Source: a virus (taxonomy: Duplodnaviria; Caudoviricetes). From it: a stretch of DNA of 64,000 bases. Location: the IMG/VR virus record IMGVR_UViG_3300038974_000417, positions 9,312 to 73,311 of that record. One strand, written 5' to 3'. The stretch's first letter is position 1; each line of letters starts with the position of its first letter. This document shows positions 39,443 to 48,499 of the stretch, one piece after another. The notes under the pieces were generated by a model. That model did not search any database. It saw nothing but the letters and a program-made list of their open reading frames with translations, and had not been told where the DNA came from. The position numbers were made by a program, and so were the translations under genes.

Positions 39443-40188
39443 GTATCTGTCGATCCTCTGGAGTTGCTTCCTGTATCTATTCCCTTTTGTAGTAGATTCT
39501 GATACACATCTTCTTGATATTTTGATATAGCTTCTCGATTGCGCGCTTCTATTTTAATTCTATTAATAAATGCATTTTCGGCAATCTTTGTAAAATATAA
39601 AAACGCATTACCCTTTTTACCATTTTTTCCTATCTTATCAGGATTGTATTTATATACCCTATTATTTAAAGCGAATATCATTCGTTCTATTGCATCACCA
39701 ACCATTTCCTCACGAAAGCTGTAGTTGACAAAATTGGGTCTATAACTAAGCCTATTGGCTATTTTATATACCCCTTCACAAAGTTCATCCGTTAATATAC
39801 CCTCCTTGTAGTAGTTTTCTATTTGAGCCTCAAATTCCACTGGCCTGACGTAGTGCTTATTTTTATTCCCTCGAGCATTTAAATCATCGTCAATCGTGCT
39901 GGTGACATTAGCCCCCTCGATTTCTTCATTTTCACCTTCTTCGTTTTCTTCATTTTCTTCATCTTCACCATTATCTTCATTTTCTATTAAGTGGTGGAGT
40001 GTTCCCGGTAAACTCGGAAGATCCTGAGATCTCTCAAACTCATCAATATATTCCTCCTCATTTAATGTGTCATCAGCTTCCAATATACTATAATCATCAT
40101 CGTCATAATTACTCTTTTTGAATCTCTTCCTAGCCACTTTTCGGCTCGGTGATTTGTTTAATTTTATACTTGATTTTTTCTTTCTCAT
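39439..40188 (-). CDS. Late-transcription sigma factor (T4 gp55-like) with long N-terminal extension
   Basis: KHYV, IANRLSYRPNFVNYSFREEMVGDAI, YNPDK, NAFLYFTKIAENAFINRIKIE; adjacent to gp47 as in T4. ATG 40188 has an AAGGAGG SD. Confidence 0.85.
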   Translation of the reverse strand: MRKKKSSIKLNKSPSRKVARKRFKKSNYDDDDYSILEADDTLNEEEYIDEFERSQDLPSLPGTLHHLIENEDNGEDEENEENEEGENEEIEGANVTSTIDDDLNARGNKNKHYVRPVEFEAQIENYYKEGILTDELCEGVYKIANRLSYRPNFVNYSFREEMVGDAIERMIFALNNRVYKYNPDKIGKNGKKGNAFLYFTKIAENAFINRIKIEARNREAISKYQEDVYQNLLQKGIDTGSNSRGSTDT

Positions 40189-41578
40189 AAAGGGATATCC
40201 TCCTTGTGTGATGTCGTTCACTGTATTTTAAGTTATCAGATATATCAAATATAACTAATCTCTTTTTATCATTATGCAACCGGAGACCTCTTCCTATACT
40301 TTGAACGATTTTTACCTTGGCCTTACCTCCAGCTGCGAAAAATATGTAATGTAAATTTTTTATGTTTATTCCTGTACTGAATATTGACGATATAGCTATA
40401 CATATAGAATTATTATTCTGCTCTAATATAGTCTTTATTCGCTCTCTCTCTATAGTATCAACAGCTCCCTTAATATAAAACGTTGATTTACCGGGTATAC
40501 CGCTCAGGTTATTGAATAGTATTTCACCATGCTCTATCCTGTCTACTAGAATTAATATGTTATTATCACATTTAGCTGATATTTTATTTATAATGTTGGT
40601 TCTAAATGTATTATGCATTAAGAAGTCTTTTTCTGCGACATATTGGCTGGTGAGACTTGACGGATTAGATGGTTCTGGACGAGATCTATATTTGATTTTT
40701 AATATTTGAACGATTACATCGGATATGTATTTTTGATTTCTCAATTCTATACTCTTCTTCTCCATTATAACCGGACCTATCAGACCCTTTACTGTCCATC
40801 TATCCAGTGGATCTTCCGGCATTGTGCCAGTAAATCCGAATCGGTAATTTGTTTTGAACTTTTTTATTAACTTGTTTATTTTGTTAGAATGACGCAGAGT
40901 ATGGACTTCATCTACCATCAGGACGTCGGCGTCTGTAAGCCATGTAGTGTCTTGTATTTTGCTTAATGCTATATTGGATCCTACTATTATTACATTACAT
41001 TCTTTATCAGGTAGATGTTCTCCCGTCCACCACGTTAGAGTCCATCTCGGATTATAGGATATAAATTCGTCGTATGTTTGTTTTGCTAGATGGGTTGGCA
41101 GTAATAGCACTATCTTTTTAAATTTATTATTAGCAATTAGTGTGGATATAAGGGAGCTCATTATTATAGTCTTACCGCCAGCTGTTGCTATCACAGAGAT
41201 ACCTCTACCTCTCTCCATACACATCTTCACCGCTTCCTCCTGGTAGGGTCTAAGAGTGTATGACGAGGTGTTTATAACATCATCTCCAGCGTTCAGCTTG
41301 GGTGATATTTTACGCTTTATTGGTGAAGTTATCTGTATTGTTCCGTCTGGATCAATTTGACGTATTTTCTTGTATATATCTGGTACTAGCCCTACTTCAA
41401 ATCTACCAGATGGGGTTATTGCAAACTTGCGAATAGATATAAAACTACCTCTTATTTTTCTTGCAATTTTGGCTCCTACATCTTCTACGCTAAACTGCTC
41501 CCTGATGAGGTCCAGGTTATTGCTAATTAAGATAGCAACGTTTTTTTTGGCGTCATAATCTATGATATAAGAACTCAT
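40130..41578 (-). CDS. uvsW: UvsW-like SF2 DNA helicase
   Basis: LRPYQ, ATAGGKT, VDEVH, GFTGT, STGINIKNLH, QSIGRGLRLH, FDISD. Confidence 0.9.
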   Translation of the reverse strand: MSSYIIDYDAKKNVAILISNNLDLIREQFSVEDVGAKIARKIRGSFISIRKFAITPSGRFEVGLVPDIYKKIRQIDPDGTIQITSPIKRKISPKLNAGDDVINTSSYTLRPYQEEAVKMCMERGRGISVIATAGGKTIIMSSLISTLIANNKFKKIVLLLPTHLAKQTYDEFISYNPRWTLTWWTGEHLPDKECNVIIVGSNIALSKIQDTTWLTDADVLMVDEVHTLRHSNKINKLIKKFKTNYRFGFTGTMPEDPLDRWTVKGLIGPVIMEKKSIELRNQKYISDVIVQILKIKYRSRPEPSNPSSLTSQYVAEKDFLMHNTFRTNIINKISAKCDNNILILVDRIEHGEILFNNLSGIPGKSTFYIKGAVDTIERERIKTILEQNNNSICIAISSIFSTGINIKNLHYIFFAAGGKAKVKIVQSIGRGLRLHNDKKRLVIFDISDNLKYSERHHTRRISLYEKEKIKYKIKQITEPKSG

Positions 41579-41582
41579 TGTA

Positions 41583-41987
41583 TTATGATGACTCCAGTTT
41601 GATTATATCTGCCAGGTTGCGAATATCGTATGTCATGCTTCGGGTTATTACCTCTACTTTAGTTAGATATTCGATTATAGTTTCGAGTTGAGATATCTGT
41701 TTATCTATTTTAACTATTGCTGATTGTTTAGTTGCAGCCTCGTCTTTTAATTTATTGGGTAGCTGAATTGGAGGAGCGGCTTGCCCTCTGAGTCTCTCAA
41801 CCGCTAGTCGTCGAATGGATTGAAGCTTTTTTAAATCACTTTTAGCCTGAATAAGTCGTGCTACCCATTTGTGTTTAATGGCTGGTAGTCTCATCTGAAC
41901 CTCCTTGATGTTTATTTCATCAAGAGCAATATCCAGTTCGATTTCTTTTTTATATTTTTCAAATATATCTACTTCAGGATTATTCAT
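41583..41987 (-). CDS. uvsY: UvsY-like recombination mediator
   Basis: Helical 134-aa protein with IIEYLTKVE...MTYDIRNLADIIKLE, adjacent to uvsW. Confidence 0.7.
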   Translation of the reverse strand: MNNPEVDIFEKYKKEIELDIALDEINIKEVQMRLPAIKHKWVARLIQAKSDLKKLQSIRRLAVERLRGQAAPPIQLPNKLKDEAATKQSAIVKIDKQISQLETIIEYLTKVEVITRSMTYDIRNLADIIKLESS

Positions 41988-42043
41988 AATGATATTATGT
42001 ATTATATAATTAATATTGCAACTTGATGTTATGCGGGCTTTGG

Positions 42044-42051
42044 TATAAATA
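42044..42051 (+). promoter_or_regulatory. T4-type late promoter TATAAATA
   Basis: Exact consensus, 5 nt before ATG 42057. Confidence 0.7.
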
Positions 42052-42056
42052 TTATT

Positions 42057-42305
42057 ATGAATTTCAGGGACATGTTTAATTTAATTATAGGTGAGGATAA
42101 TACAGCCGGGGGTGGGGACGTATTTGGTCCTGGTTCTGTTAATACTGGACAATCGATGCAGGGAGATAATATATATAATCCGGGAGATTACCGGTTGGCG
42201 ACTGGGCGCGGCGTTGTGTCGAGGCGAGGGGCTGTTGGAGGTAGGAGGAAGCGTCGTGGTGATCGTGGGCGGAGGAGATCGAAGAATCGAAGGAGAGTTA
42301 AGTGA
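42057..42305 (+). CDS. Small protein with Arg-rich C-terminus; candidate head-internal protein
   Basis: MNFRDMFNLIIGE leader; GGRRRKRRGDRGRRRSKNRRRVK tail. Confidence 0.6.
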   Translation: MNFRDMFNLIIGEDNTAGGGDVFGPGSVNTGQSMQGDNIYNPGDYRLATGRGVVSRRGAVGGRRKRRGDRGRRRSKNRRRVK

Positions 42306-42739
42306 ATTTAGGTCATTGGAGTGGTGCTCCTCCGCTATCGGGTGATGATATGCCATACGGCTTCGTATATCTAATCACTAATAAATTGAACGGTAGGAAG
42401 TATATCGGTAAAAAGCAGGTATTGACTGTTAGGAAGCGGCCCCCTCTTAAGGGTAGGAGAAACAGGCGACTTAGTGTTGTGGAGACCGATTGGAGAGAGT
42501 ATACATCATCATCGAATGAGGTTAATGGTGATATAAAAGCTTTTGGTAAGGACAATTTTATCTTTGAAATATTAAGATGGTGTAGTAATAAGGCGGAGCT
42601 GGGATACTTTGAAGCTAAGGAGCAGTTTGATAGAGATGTACTATTAAGGGAGGATTATTATAACGGAATAGTGAATCTTCGACTTTCTCGCTTTACTCCT
42701 GGAAAGAAACTTATAAATATAAAAAATGAATACAAATAA
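42302..42739 (+). CDS. GIY-YIG endonuclease
   Basis: GFVYLITNKLNGRKYIGKK, WREYTSSS, FIFEILRWC, YYNG. Confidence 0.85.
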   Translation: MNLGHWSGAPPLSGDDMPYGFVYLITNKLNGRKYIGKKQVLTVRKRPPLKGRRNRRLSVVETDWREYTSSSNEVNGDIKAFGKDNFIFEILRWCSNKAELGYFEAKEQFDRDVLLREDYYNGIVNLRLSRFTPGKKLINIKNEYK

Positions 42740-43358
42740 GAAGTCTTTATGTATATACTGCGGTCTGCCTACGTACGGCAGGGGGTGTAAATTTGCTCCA
42801 CACGGAATACATGTTCATCCAACTCCCGATAAATGTATGTATTGCGGACTTAAGTCCATTGGTAGGGGGTGTAAGTTTGCTCCTGGTGGCATACACGTCA
42901 GGTTTAGTGATTTTGGCTTTATACAGCGTGAAGATATAAATACTGGATTTATAATAGGTTATATACTTAATGAACTATCTATTCCAATAATTAATCATCC
43001 TGCGTATAAGATTGGTTTAATAAATGAAGAGGGTAAATTATTAAGAGTACCATCAACTGATCAGGAGAAGCAGGTATATACTCCAATTGATTCACTAATA
43101 ATAGATCTCAAGAGAAGATTTAAGAGACCCATTGATTTAACTGTTAATGAATCACTATTTAAGTGTTCAATGAATGAAGCTGATAAATTTAATCCACAGC
43201 AATATTCCGATGAAATTGATTTTAAATCAGCTATTGAACATATAGCCGAGCAATTCTATAATATAATTGAACTTTACAGTGATAAGCTGTCAAAAGAAAA
43301 AATGGATCAATATATTACAGAAAGCTTTATTAACAATGGACAATCCAACAATCGTTGA
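42726..43358 (+). CDS. Hypothetical protein with two Cys/His-rich (putative zinc-binding) repeats
   Basis: CIYCGLPTYGRGCKFAPHGIHVH and CMYCGLKSIGRGCKFAPGGIHV; TATAAATA 6 nt upstream. Confidence 0.6.
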   Translation: MNTNKKSLCIYCGLPTYGRGCKFAPHGIHVHPTPDKCMYCGLKSIGRGCKFAPGGIHVRFSDFGFIQREDINTGFIIGYILNELSIPIINHPAYKIGLINEEGKLLRVPSTDQEKQVYTPIDSLIIDLKRRFKRPIDLTVNESLFKCSMNEADKFNPQQYSDEIDFKSAIEHIAEQFYNIIELYSDKLSKEKMDQYITESFINNGQSNNR

Positions 43359-43806
43359 TTTCACTGAAATAGTGAGAACGGCTATAGATTCATCTAATCG
43401 AGATGCTGACTTGTATAATATTAGTATAAAATCTAAATATTATATGAGATTGTTATATCATTATACATTTAAATGTATATTCGATATTAAAAAATCTAAC
43501 ATAAATACCATATTTACATTAGATAATATTGACGATATAATTATTCTTCCGGACAATATTAAAACTAAATATATTAAATTTCTTAAATCTCTCCAACGAT
43601 ATATACCATCTATTATAATTACTAATTATACCGGTACATACCAATGTCCAAATCTCTTTAATATTTTAACAAATTTATCCGAGAAATCAACTAAGAAAAA
43701 TAAAAATTTTTACAGTCTTAGGAAGTTTTGTGACCACCATGGATTAGTGGATATATTAAATGTATATATTGAGGATTTAAACATTAGATACATCTTAGGC
43801 GCCTAA
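43336..43806 (+). CDS. Hypothetical protein
   Basis: In-frame ATG 43336 preferred over 43267. Confidence 0.5.
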   Translation: MDNPTIVDFTEIVRTAIDSSNRDADLYNISIKSKYYMRLLYHYTFKCIFDIKKSNINTIFTLDNIDDIIILPDNIKTKYIKFLKSLQRYIPSIIITNYTGTYQCPNLFNILTNLSEKSTKKNKNFYSLRKFCDHHGLVDILNVYIEDLNIRYILGA

Positions 43807-43823
43807 TTATATCAACTTAGACA

Positions 43824-43858
43824 GATCAATCGGTTTTCCCAGCTGATGAATATAAATA
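43824..43858 (-). repeat. Degenerate copy of miniature element D plus late promoter
   Basis: 31/35 identity to 50673-50707 (GATCAATCGGTTTTCyCAGyyGAwGAATATAAATA); lacks the GTTCAC terminus. Confidence 0.6.
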
Positions 43859-43863
43859 ATTAC

Positions 43864-44178
43864 ATGAATAAATTTAATACACTTTTTAATCGCATTTTAT
43901 CAGAAGCCGGACTAGCTGCAGGTGGTGATCCCGGTGCTACTATTGGTAAAGGATTTACTGAACTAACACAAGGAATACAAAATACAGCCCAAGCTCAGAT
44001 TGAGGTACTAACAAAGCAGAGTGATCAGCTTAAAAAGCAGCTGGAGGCTATACTAGCGCAAATTGCACAGTTGCAGAAGGCCGCCACTACTCAACCCACT
44101 ACTAATACTCAATCCACTACAACTCCCACATCTACACCCACTTCTGTCACCACTGGAGTTACACCAGCTATACAATAA
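43864..44178 (+). CDS. Hypothetical coiled-coil protein with Thr/Pro-rich tail
   Basis: ATG 43864 lies 5 nt after TATAAATA; MNKFNTLFNRILSE leader. Confidence 0.6.
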   Translation: MNKFNTLFNRILSEAGLAAGGDPGATIGKGFTELTQGIQNTAQAQIEVLTKQSDQLKKQLEAILAQIAQLQKAATTQPTTNTQSTTTPTSTPTSVTTGVTPAIQ

Positions 44179-44188
44179 AGGAGCTATA

Positions 44189-44653
44189 ATGATAATAACA
44201 CCATTTAACAGGCAACTAATAGATGAATTTAAGAGAGTAAATAGTACTAAATTCGATGAAGCATATGATCAATACGTCAGAATAATTGAACAGGGTGCCC
44301 CACCTCCAGACGCAGCTGCCTCTACACCACCTCCACCGCCCCCCGACATGGGTGGTGCTCCAGCAATGCCGCCCGACGCCGGTGGTGCGCCACCACCTCC
44401 CGAGGTAGTGCCTAATAAATCATATCCTGAAATATTGGAAATTATAGCAAAGGCACTAACTCTTAATTTGAATCAATCACCATCCGACGCATCACCTGAA
44501 AATGTAAAAAATATTGAACATCTCAAGGACTTCGTAGGTGAAGTATTAGAGGGAAGTAAAGTAAAGCAAATGGATAATTCAAAAGCACTTCGCATGTTGG
44601 ATTTGGTAAGGCGCAGTATTAATAGTGTAGTGGGTGGGATCGAGGAGATTTAG
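44189..44653 (+). CDS. Hypothetical Pro-rich protein
   Basis: AAGGAG SD before ATG 44189; PPPPPPDMGGAPAMPP linker. Confidence 0.6.
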   Translation: MIITPFNRQLIDEFKRVNSTKFDEAYDQYVRIIEQGAPPPDAAASTPPPPPPDMGGAPAMPPDAGGAPPPPEVVPNKSYPEILEIIAKALTLNLNQSPSDASPENVKNIEHLKDFVGEVLEGSKVKQMDNSKALRMLDLVRRSINSVVGGIEEI

Positions 44654-45747
44654 TGAATTTCAGTGAATACATCGAATTAATTAACGAAGGCGGCGCTGCT
44701 GGTCATATGGCTCACCCCTTTGATATACAGACTGTGCGATCAGGTAAAAATTTAATAGAAGTATTTGAAAAAACTGTTAATAGTATAAGAGTTAATCCTC
44801 CAGCGGTTAAGATAGACGGTGTAAATGCATCAATTAGATTGGTTGATATTGATGGAATTAAGCAGTTCGTGATCGATCGTGGTAGTAAAAAGGACTTAGA
44901 TGTTCGTGGAGTTACAGAAGGTGACCTATTGGCCAGATTCGGTCCAGGTCATGGAATGATTCAGATAGGAACGGAAGTATTACGTATATTTAATGAATCT
45001 ATGAATTCCATTATTACAGAGCTAAAAGACTTAGGTGTGTGGAAGAATTCTAATATTATGTTTAACATGGAATATGTTGCTGGTAAGACTAACGTTCAGC
45101 AATACAATAAAAAATTTCTAGCAATACACGGTCTATTACAGATATCCACGGAGGCAGTTCAGGGAAAGCGATCAATGCTAATTAATAGAGTAACTAGAGA
45201 GATAAATTATAAAGAAAAGGTGATGGAATCTTTAATTAATAAGATATCTCCTATTGCGAGAAAATATGGGTTCGAGATATACGGATCAATTCCCGCGAGC
45301 TTGAGTGCATCCCCTGATTTTACTTCGGTGCTAGGTAAAATATATACTATTAATTTTTCCGATAGACAAGAATCTCGTACTCTGAGACAGTGGCTGATGG
45401 GGATTAGAAGTATACCTAAAAATTCTACAGTAGATATGATAGTAGATGGTGTTAAGAAGACATTAGGTGCAGTCAGTAAGCAAGTATACTTTTCCGTTAT
45501 TGGTGGTGAAGTTGTGGATAACATAGTCGTAAATTCCAATCAAGTTAATACTGCTATTGATGGTGCGATTACTTATCTAGCAACAGAAAAAATGGGAGAT
45601 GCTATATTAGATTGTCTAGATTCACCATTAGGTAAAGTAAGTGAACACGAAGGCATTGTAATTAGAGACAGTAAAATATCATCAAGACCATTCAAAATAA
45701 CCGGTAGGTTTATTACGACAGGAGTTGAATCTCAATTTAGGAAATAA
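44653..45747 (+). CDS. Conserved T4-like phage protein (DUF6267-like)
   Basis: EGGAAGHMAHPFD, KIDGVNAS, EHEGIVIRD and FKITGRF; this family is usually found near phage cytidylyltransferase-like genes. Confidence 0.55.
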   Translation: MNFSEYIELINEGGAAGHMAHPFDIQTVRSGKNLIEVFEKTVNSIRVNPPAVKIDGVNASIRLVDIDGIKQFVIDRGSKKDLDVRGVTEGDLLARFGPGHGMIQIGTEVLRIFNESMNSIITELKDLGVWKNSNIMFNMEYVAGKTNVQQYNKKFLAIHGLLQISTEAVQGKRSMLINRVTREINYKEKVMESLINKISPIARKYGFEIYGSIPASLSASPDFTSVLGKIYTINFSDRQESRTLRQWLMGIRSIPKNSTVDMIVDGVKKTLGAVSKQVYFSVIGGEVVDNIVVNSNQVNTAIDGAITYLATEKMGDAILDCLDSPLGKVSEHEGIVIRDSKISSRPFKITGRFITTGVESQFRK

Positions 45748-45748
45748 T

Positions 45749-46930
45749 ATGAGTTTAAGTAAGACTTATGAACAATTACAGGGCGCTGGTCGCACGTTTA
45801 TTACTTTAGCAGAAGTGTATGACACTATGTCCCTTAAGCCTCTATCAGAAGAAGTAGATGTATTGATGCAACACAAGCCAGCCGGTAAAGTTGAGGAGTT
45901 TGAAATTTCAAACTCTCTTGCATCTAAATTTAAAAGAGAGATTCAACTCGAAAAACATTCTCTATCAGAAATAATAGAAAAATGGGTAAAATCAAGTGGG
46001 TGGACATCTCCTCATGCACGGAAACATCTTCCCGCAGCAATAGAATCTATAATATTAAATAGTGGCCTGGATCTATCAGACGATACTACTATTACCAATA
46101 TAGTAGAGGGTATAACTGCACTAATAACAAATAAAGAAAACATCGGTACCCTTTCACAGGCATTAGTAGATAAATCACCGAATCTAACTAGCTTTTTACT
46201 TAATACAATAAAGAAGTATGAGCCCGTCTCGGTACTAAATAGGCCAGATATTATAGATATAATGATTAAAGAATTACACTTTACAGAGGGTAATGTGGCA
46301 GTGGGGCCGGGTGAAGTATTTATCACTTTATTTAGTGAGGCAATTAATCCCTCAAAGGGAGATTTACAGATTAAGAATCCATTAACTGGTGATGAATTTA
46401 AAATTGAATTAAAAAGTGACGATGGTAGAGTTAGTAAAGAGGCCGCAATAGGAATTACTGCAGGTATGAAGGCCTTGGAGTCTGCTGTTGGAGGATTTAG
46501 TAAAATGGCCAGAGGTAGCTTTACCGAGCATTTCAATAAAATGCTGGAAGGACGCAATAAGATGACCAATATAAACAAGGCTATAGATATTATATTATCA
46601 TTTACAAATAATACCGATCGAGTGCCTGCAGATATTATAGAAAATTATATGCGTTCTTCTACTATATACGGAAGTGAATTAGCAGCCTCAGTAATAGGGG
46701 CTATACAAATCGCAGATTATCAATCAATTGAAGATTTTAAATATATAGTATATTTTAAGAGCAGTTCACCATATAGTCAGGTAGTACTAGGTCCGTTTAC
46801 TGAAAATTATAATAACAACTTACAGGTAATATTAGACGATATTCATAAGCTAAAAATTATTCCTAATACCGGAGGTACAGGTAAGTATGGAGAGGGTGGG
46901 AGAGGAGGATTCCCCATGAGGGTCAAGTAA
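45749..46930 (+). CDS. Hypothetical protein with possible PD-(D/E)XK nuclease motif
   Basis: VGPGE...KGDLQI...KIELKS arrangement; ATG 45749 preferred. Confidence 0.4.
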   Translation: MSLSKTYEQLQGAGRTFITLAEVYDTMSLKPLSEEVDVLMQHKPAGKVEEFEISNSLASKFKREIQLEKHSLSEIIEKWVKSSGWTSPHARKHLPAAIESIILNSGLDLSDDTTITNIVEGITALITNKENIGTLSQALVDKSPNLTSFLLNTIKKYEPVSVLNRPDIIDIMIKELHFTEGNVAVGPGEVFITLFSEAINPSKGDLQIKNPLTGDEFKIELKSDDGRVSKEAAIGITAGMKALESAVGGFSKMARGSFTEHFNKMLEGRNKMTNINKAIDIILSFTNNTDRVPADIIENYMRSSTIYGSELAASVIGAIQIADYQSIEDFKYIVYFKSSSPYSQVVLGPFTENYNNNLQVILDDIHKLKIIPNTGGTGKYGEGGRGGFPMRVK

Positions 46931-47799
46931 TGAAGACTTTTGAACAATATATCAAAGAAAATTTAGACGGTTTAGCGGTCGGTAAATCAATTAAAGATTT
47001 TTATAATAAATACTATCCTACTAAAAAGATCAGCTTCGATAGTTTTAAGGACGATTTCAAGTGTAAGGTAGAGGAGGGTATATCTGTTGAATACGAACAT
47101 ACTCGTGAGAAAGAAATTGCCAGGAAAATAGCACTAGATCATCTATGGGAAGACCTAAATTACTATTACAAGCTCAAGAAGTTTGTTGAACAAGCTCAAA
47201 AAACTGCAGTTATATCGTACGGTAGATTTAATCCACCGACAATAGCGCATGAAAAGCTTATTAGGACTCTATCAGAAACAGCTAAAGCAAATAACGCAGA
47301 TGCATACCTAGTGCCCTCGCACAGCGACTTCTACACAGCCAAGGCCAAGGTCGACAGAGAAAAAAACCCACTGACCTTAAGAGAGAAGATTAAGATATTA
47401 TCTAATATAGTACCTAATAATGTTATTATATCAAGCGATGGTCGTACTCTAATAAACATATTGAAGATTCTATCTGAACAAGGATATACAAATATAATTC
47501 AATTAGCAGGTTCGGATAGAATAGAGGAATTTAGAAATTTAATTAATAAATACAACAATGTTCCGGATAAAAGAGGTATAATAAATTTTGGATTTAAAGG
47601 ATATGAATTAATTTCATCTGGTGATAGAGACCCCGACTCAGAGGGTACAATAGGAATGAGTGCCTCTAAGCTGAGAAAATTAGCTCGCGAAGGTAACTAT
47701 GAAGAATTTGTAAAAGGTATGCCCCAATCACTTCAATCAAACGAATCCTTACTTAAAGAAATCTATAATATAATTAGAGAAAGATCTGCTAATAAATAA
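46930..47799 (+). CDS. Fusion: DUF5661-like domain plus cytidylyltransferase-like (HxGH) nucleotidyltransferase
   Basis: EGISVEYEHT...KIALDHLWEDLNYY, then SYGRFNPPTIAHEKL, AGSDR and MSASKLR. Confidence 0.7.
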   Translation: MKTFEQYIKENLDGLAVGKSIKDFYNKYYPTKKISFDSFKDDFKCKVEEGISVEYEHTREKEIARKIALDHLWEDLNYYYKLKKFVEQAQKTAVISYGRFNPPTIAHEKLIRTLSETAKANNADAYLVPSHSDFYTAKAKVDREKNPLTLREKIKILSNIVPNNVIISSDGRTLINILKILSEQGYTNIIQLAGSDRIEEFRNLINKYNNVPDKRGIINFGFKGYELISSGDRDPDSEGTIGMSASKLRKLAREGNYEEFVKGMPQSLQSNESLLKEIYNIIRERSANK

Positions 47800-47805
47800 T
47801 TCGTG

Positions 47806-47834
47806 TTGAATACCTGAATGTCTTATAATATTAT
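47806..47834 (+). promoter_or_regulatory. Sigma70-like promoter for the queD-queE-dCMP deaminase-kinase operon
   Basis: TTGAAT-N17-TATTAT followed by an AGGAG SD. Confidence 0.55.
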
Positions 47835-47853
47835 ATAGATTAGGAGATATACG

Positions 47854-48471
47854 ATGATTATAAGAAAATTATTTAAATTTGAGGGTGCTCATATTGTTCG
47901 CGATTGTTCGTCTGATAGATGTAAGAAATCCATCCACGGTCACAGCTACATTGTAGAAGTTAAGCTTAAGGCCAGTCACTTAGATAACGCCGGAATGGTT
48001 TTGGATTTCGGTCTGATGAAGGGTACCATTAGAGATGTGATTGATTCATTCGACCATGCATATTCGCTATGGACTAAGGAGAATAATGATTATAAAGAAT
48101 TCATTAAAGCTCATAGCGAGCGGTGGATTGAAATGCCATGTTCGCCGACGGCCGAGCTATACTCGGTAATGTTTTATGCTATTATATATAATATAATTAA
48201 TAAAACACAATTTAATAATGGTGAGAAAAACATAATATTAGACTCTGTAAGAGTTCACGAGACGGACACAGGCTGGGCTGAAGCTGATTATGATGATTAT
48301 ATTAATATATGGCTTCGTGGGGGGTATAGTATAAAACATATATTCTTTAGTCAGCAAATAAAGATGGAGTGGAAAGATACCAAAATGTGGGATAAACTTT
48401 TAGATGAAGATCCTAAATCCCCAGAAATGCCATTTATTAATCCTAAAATAACTCTATTATATAATAGTTGA
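47854..48471 (+). CDS. queD: 6-carboxy-5,6,7,8-tetrahydropterin synthase
   Basis: FKFEGAH, CKKSIHGHSY, GMVLDFG, FDH, PTAE, VRVHET. Confidence 0.88.
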   Translation: MIIRKLFKFEGAHIVRDCSSDRCKKSIHGHSYIVEVKLKASHLDNAGMVLDFGLMKGTIRDVIDSFDHAYSLWTKENNDYKEFIKAHSERWIEMPCSPTAELYSVMFYAIIYNIINKTQFNNGEKNIILDSVRVHETDTGWAEADYDDYINIWLRGGYSIKHIFFSQQIKMEWKDTKMWDKLLDEDPKSPEMPFINPKITLLYNS

Positions 48472-48499
48472 TTAAACTCCTGTACAGTTAAATATCTGT

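Noticed and set aside
39713-39729. GAAAGCTGTAGTTGAC resembling an element right end
   Set aside because: No hairpin, and it encodes the conserved VNYSFR motif of the gp55-like protein.
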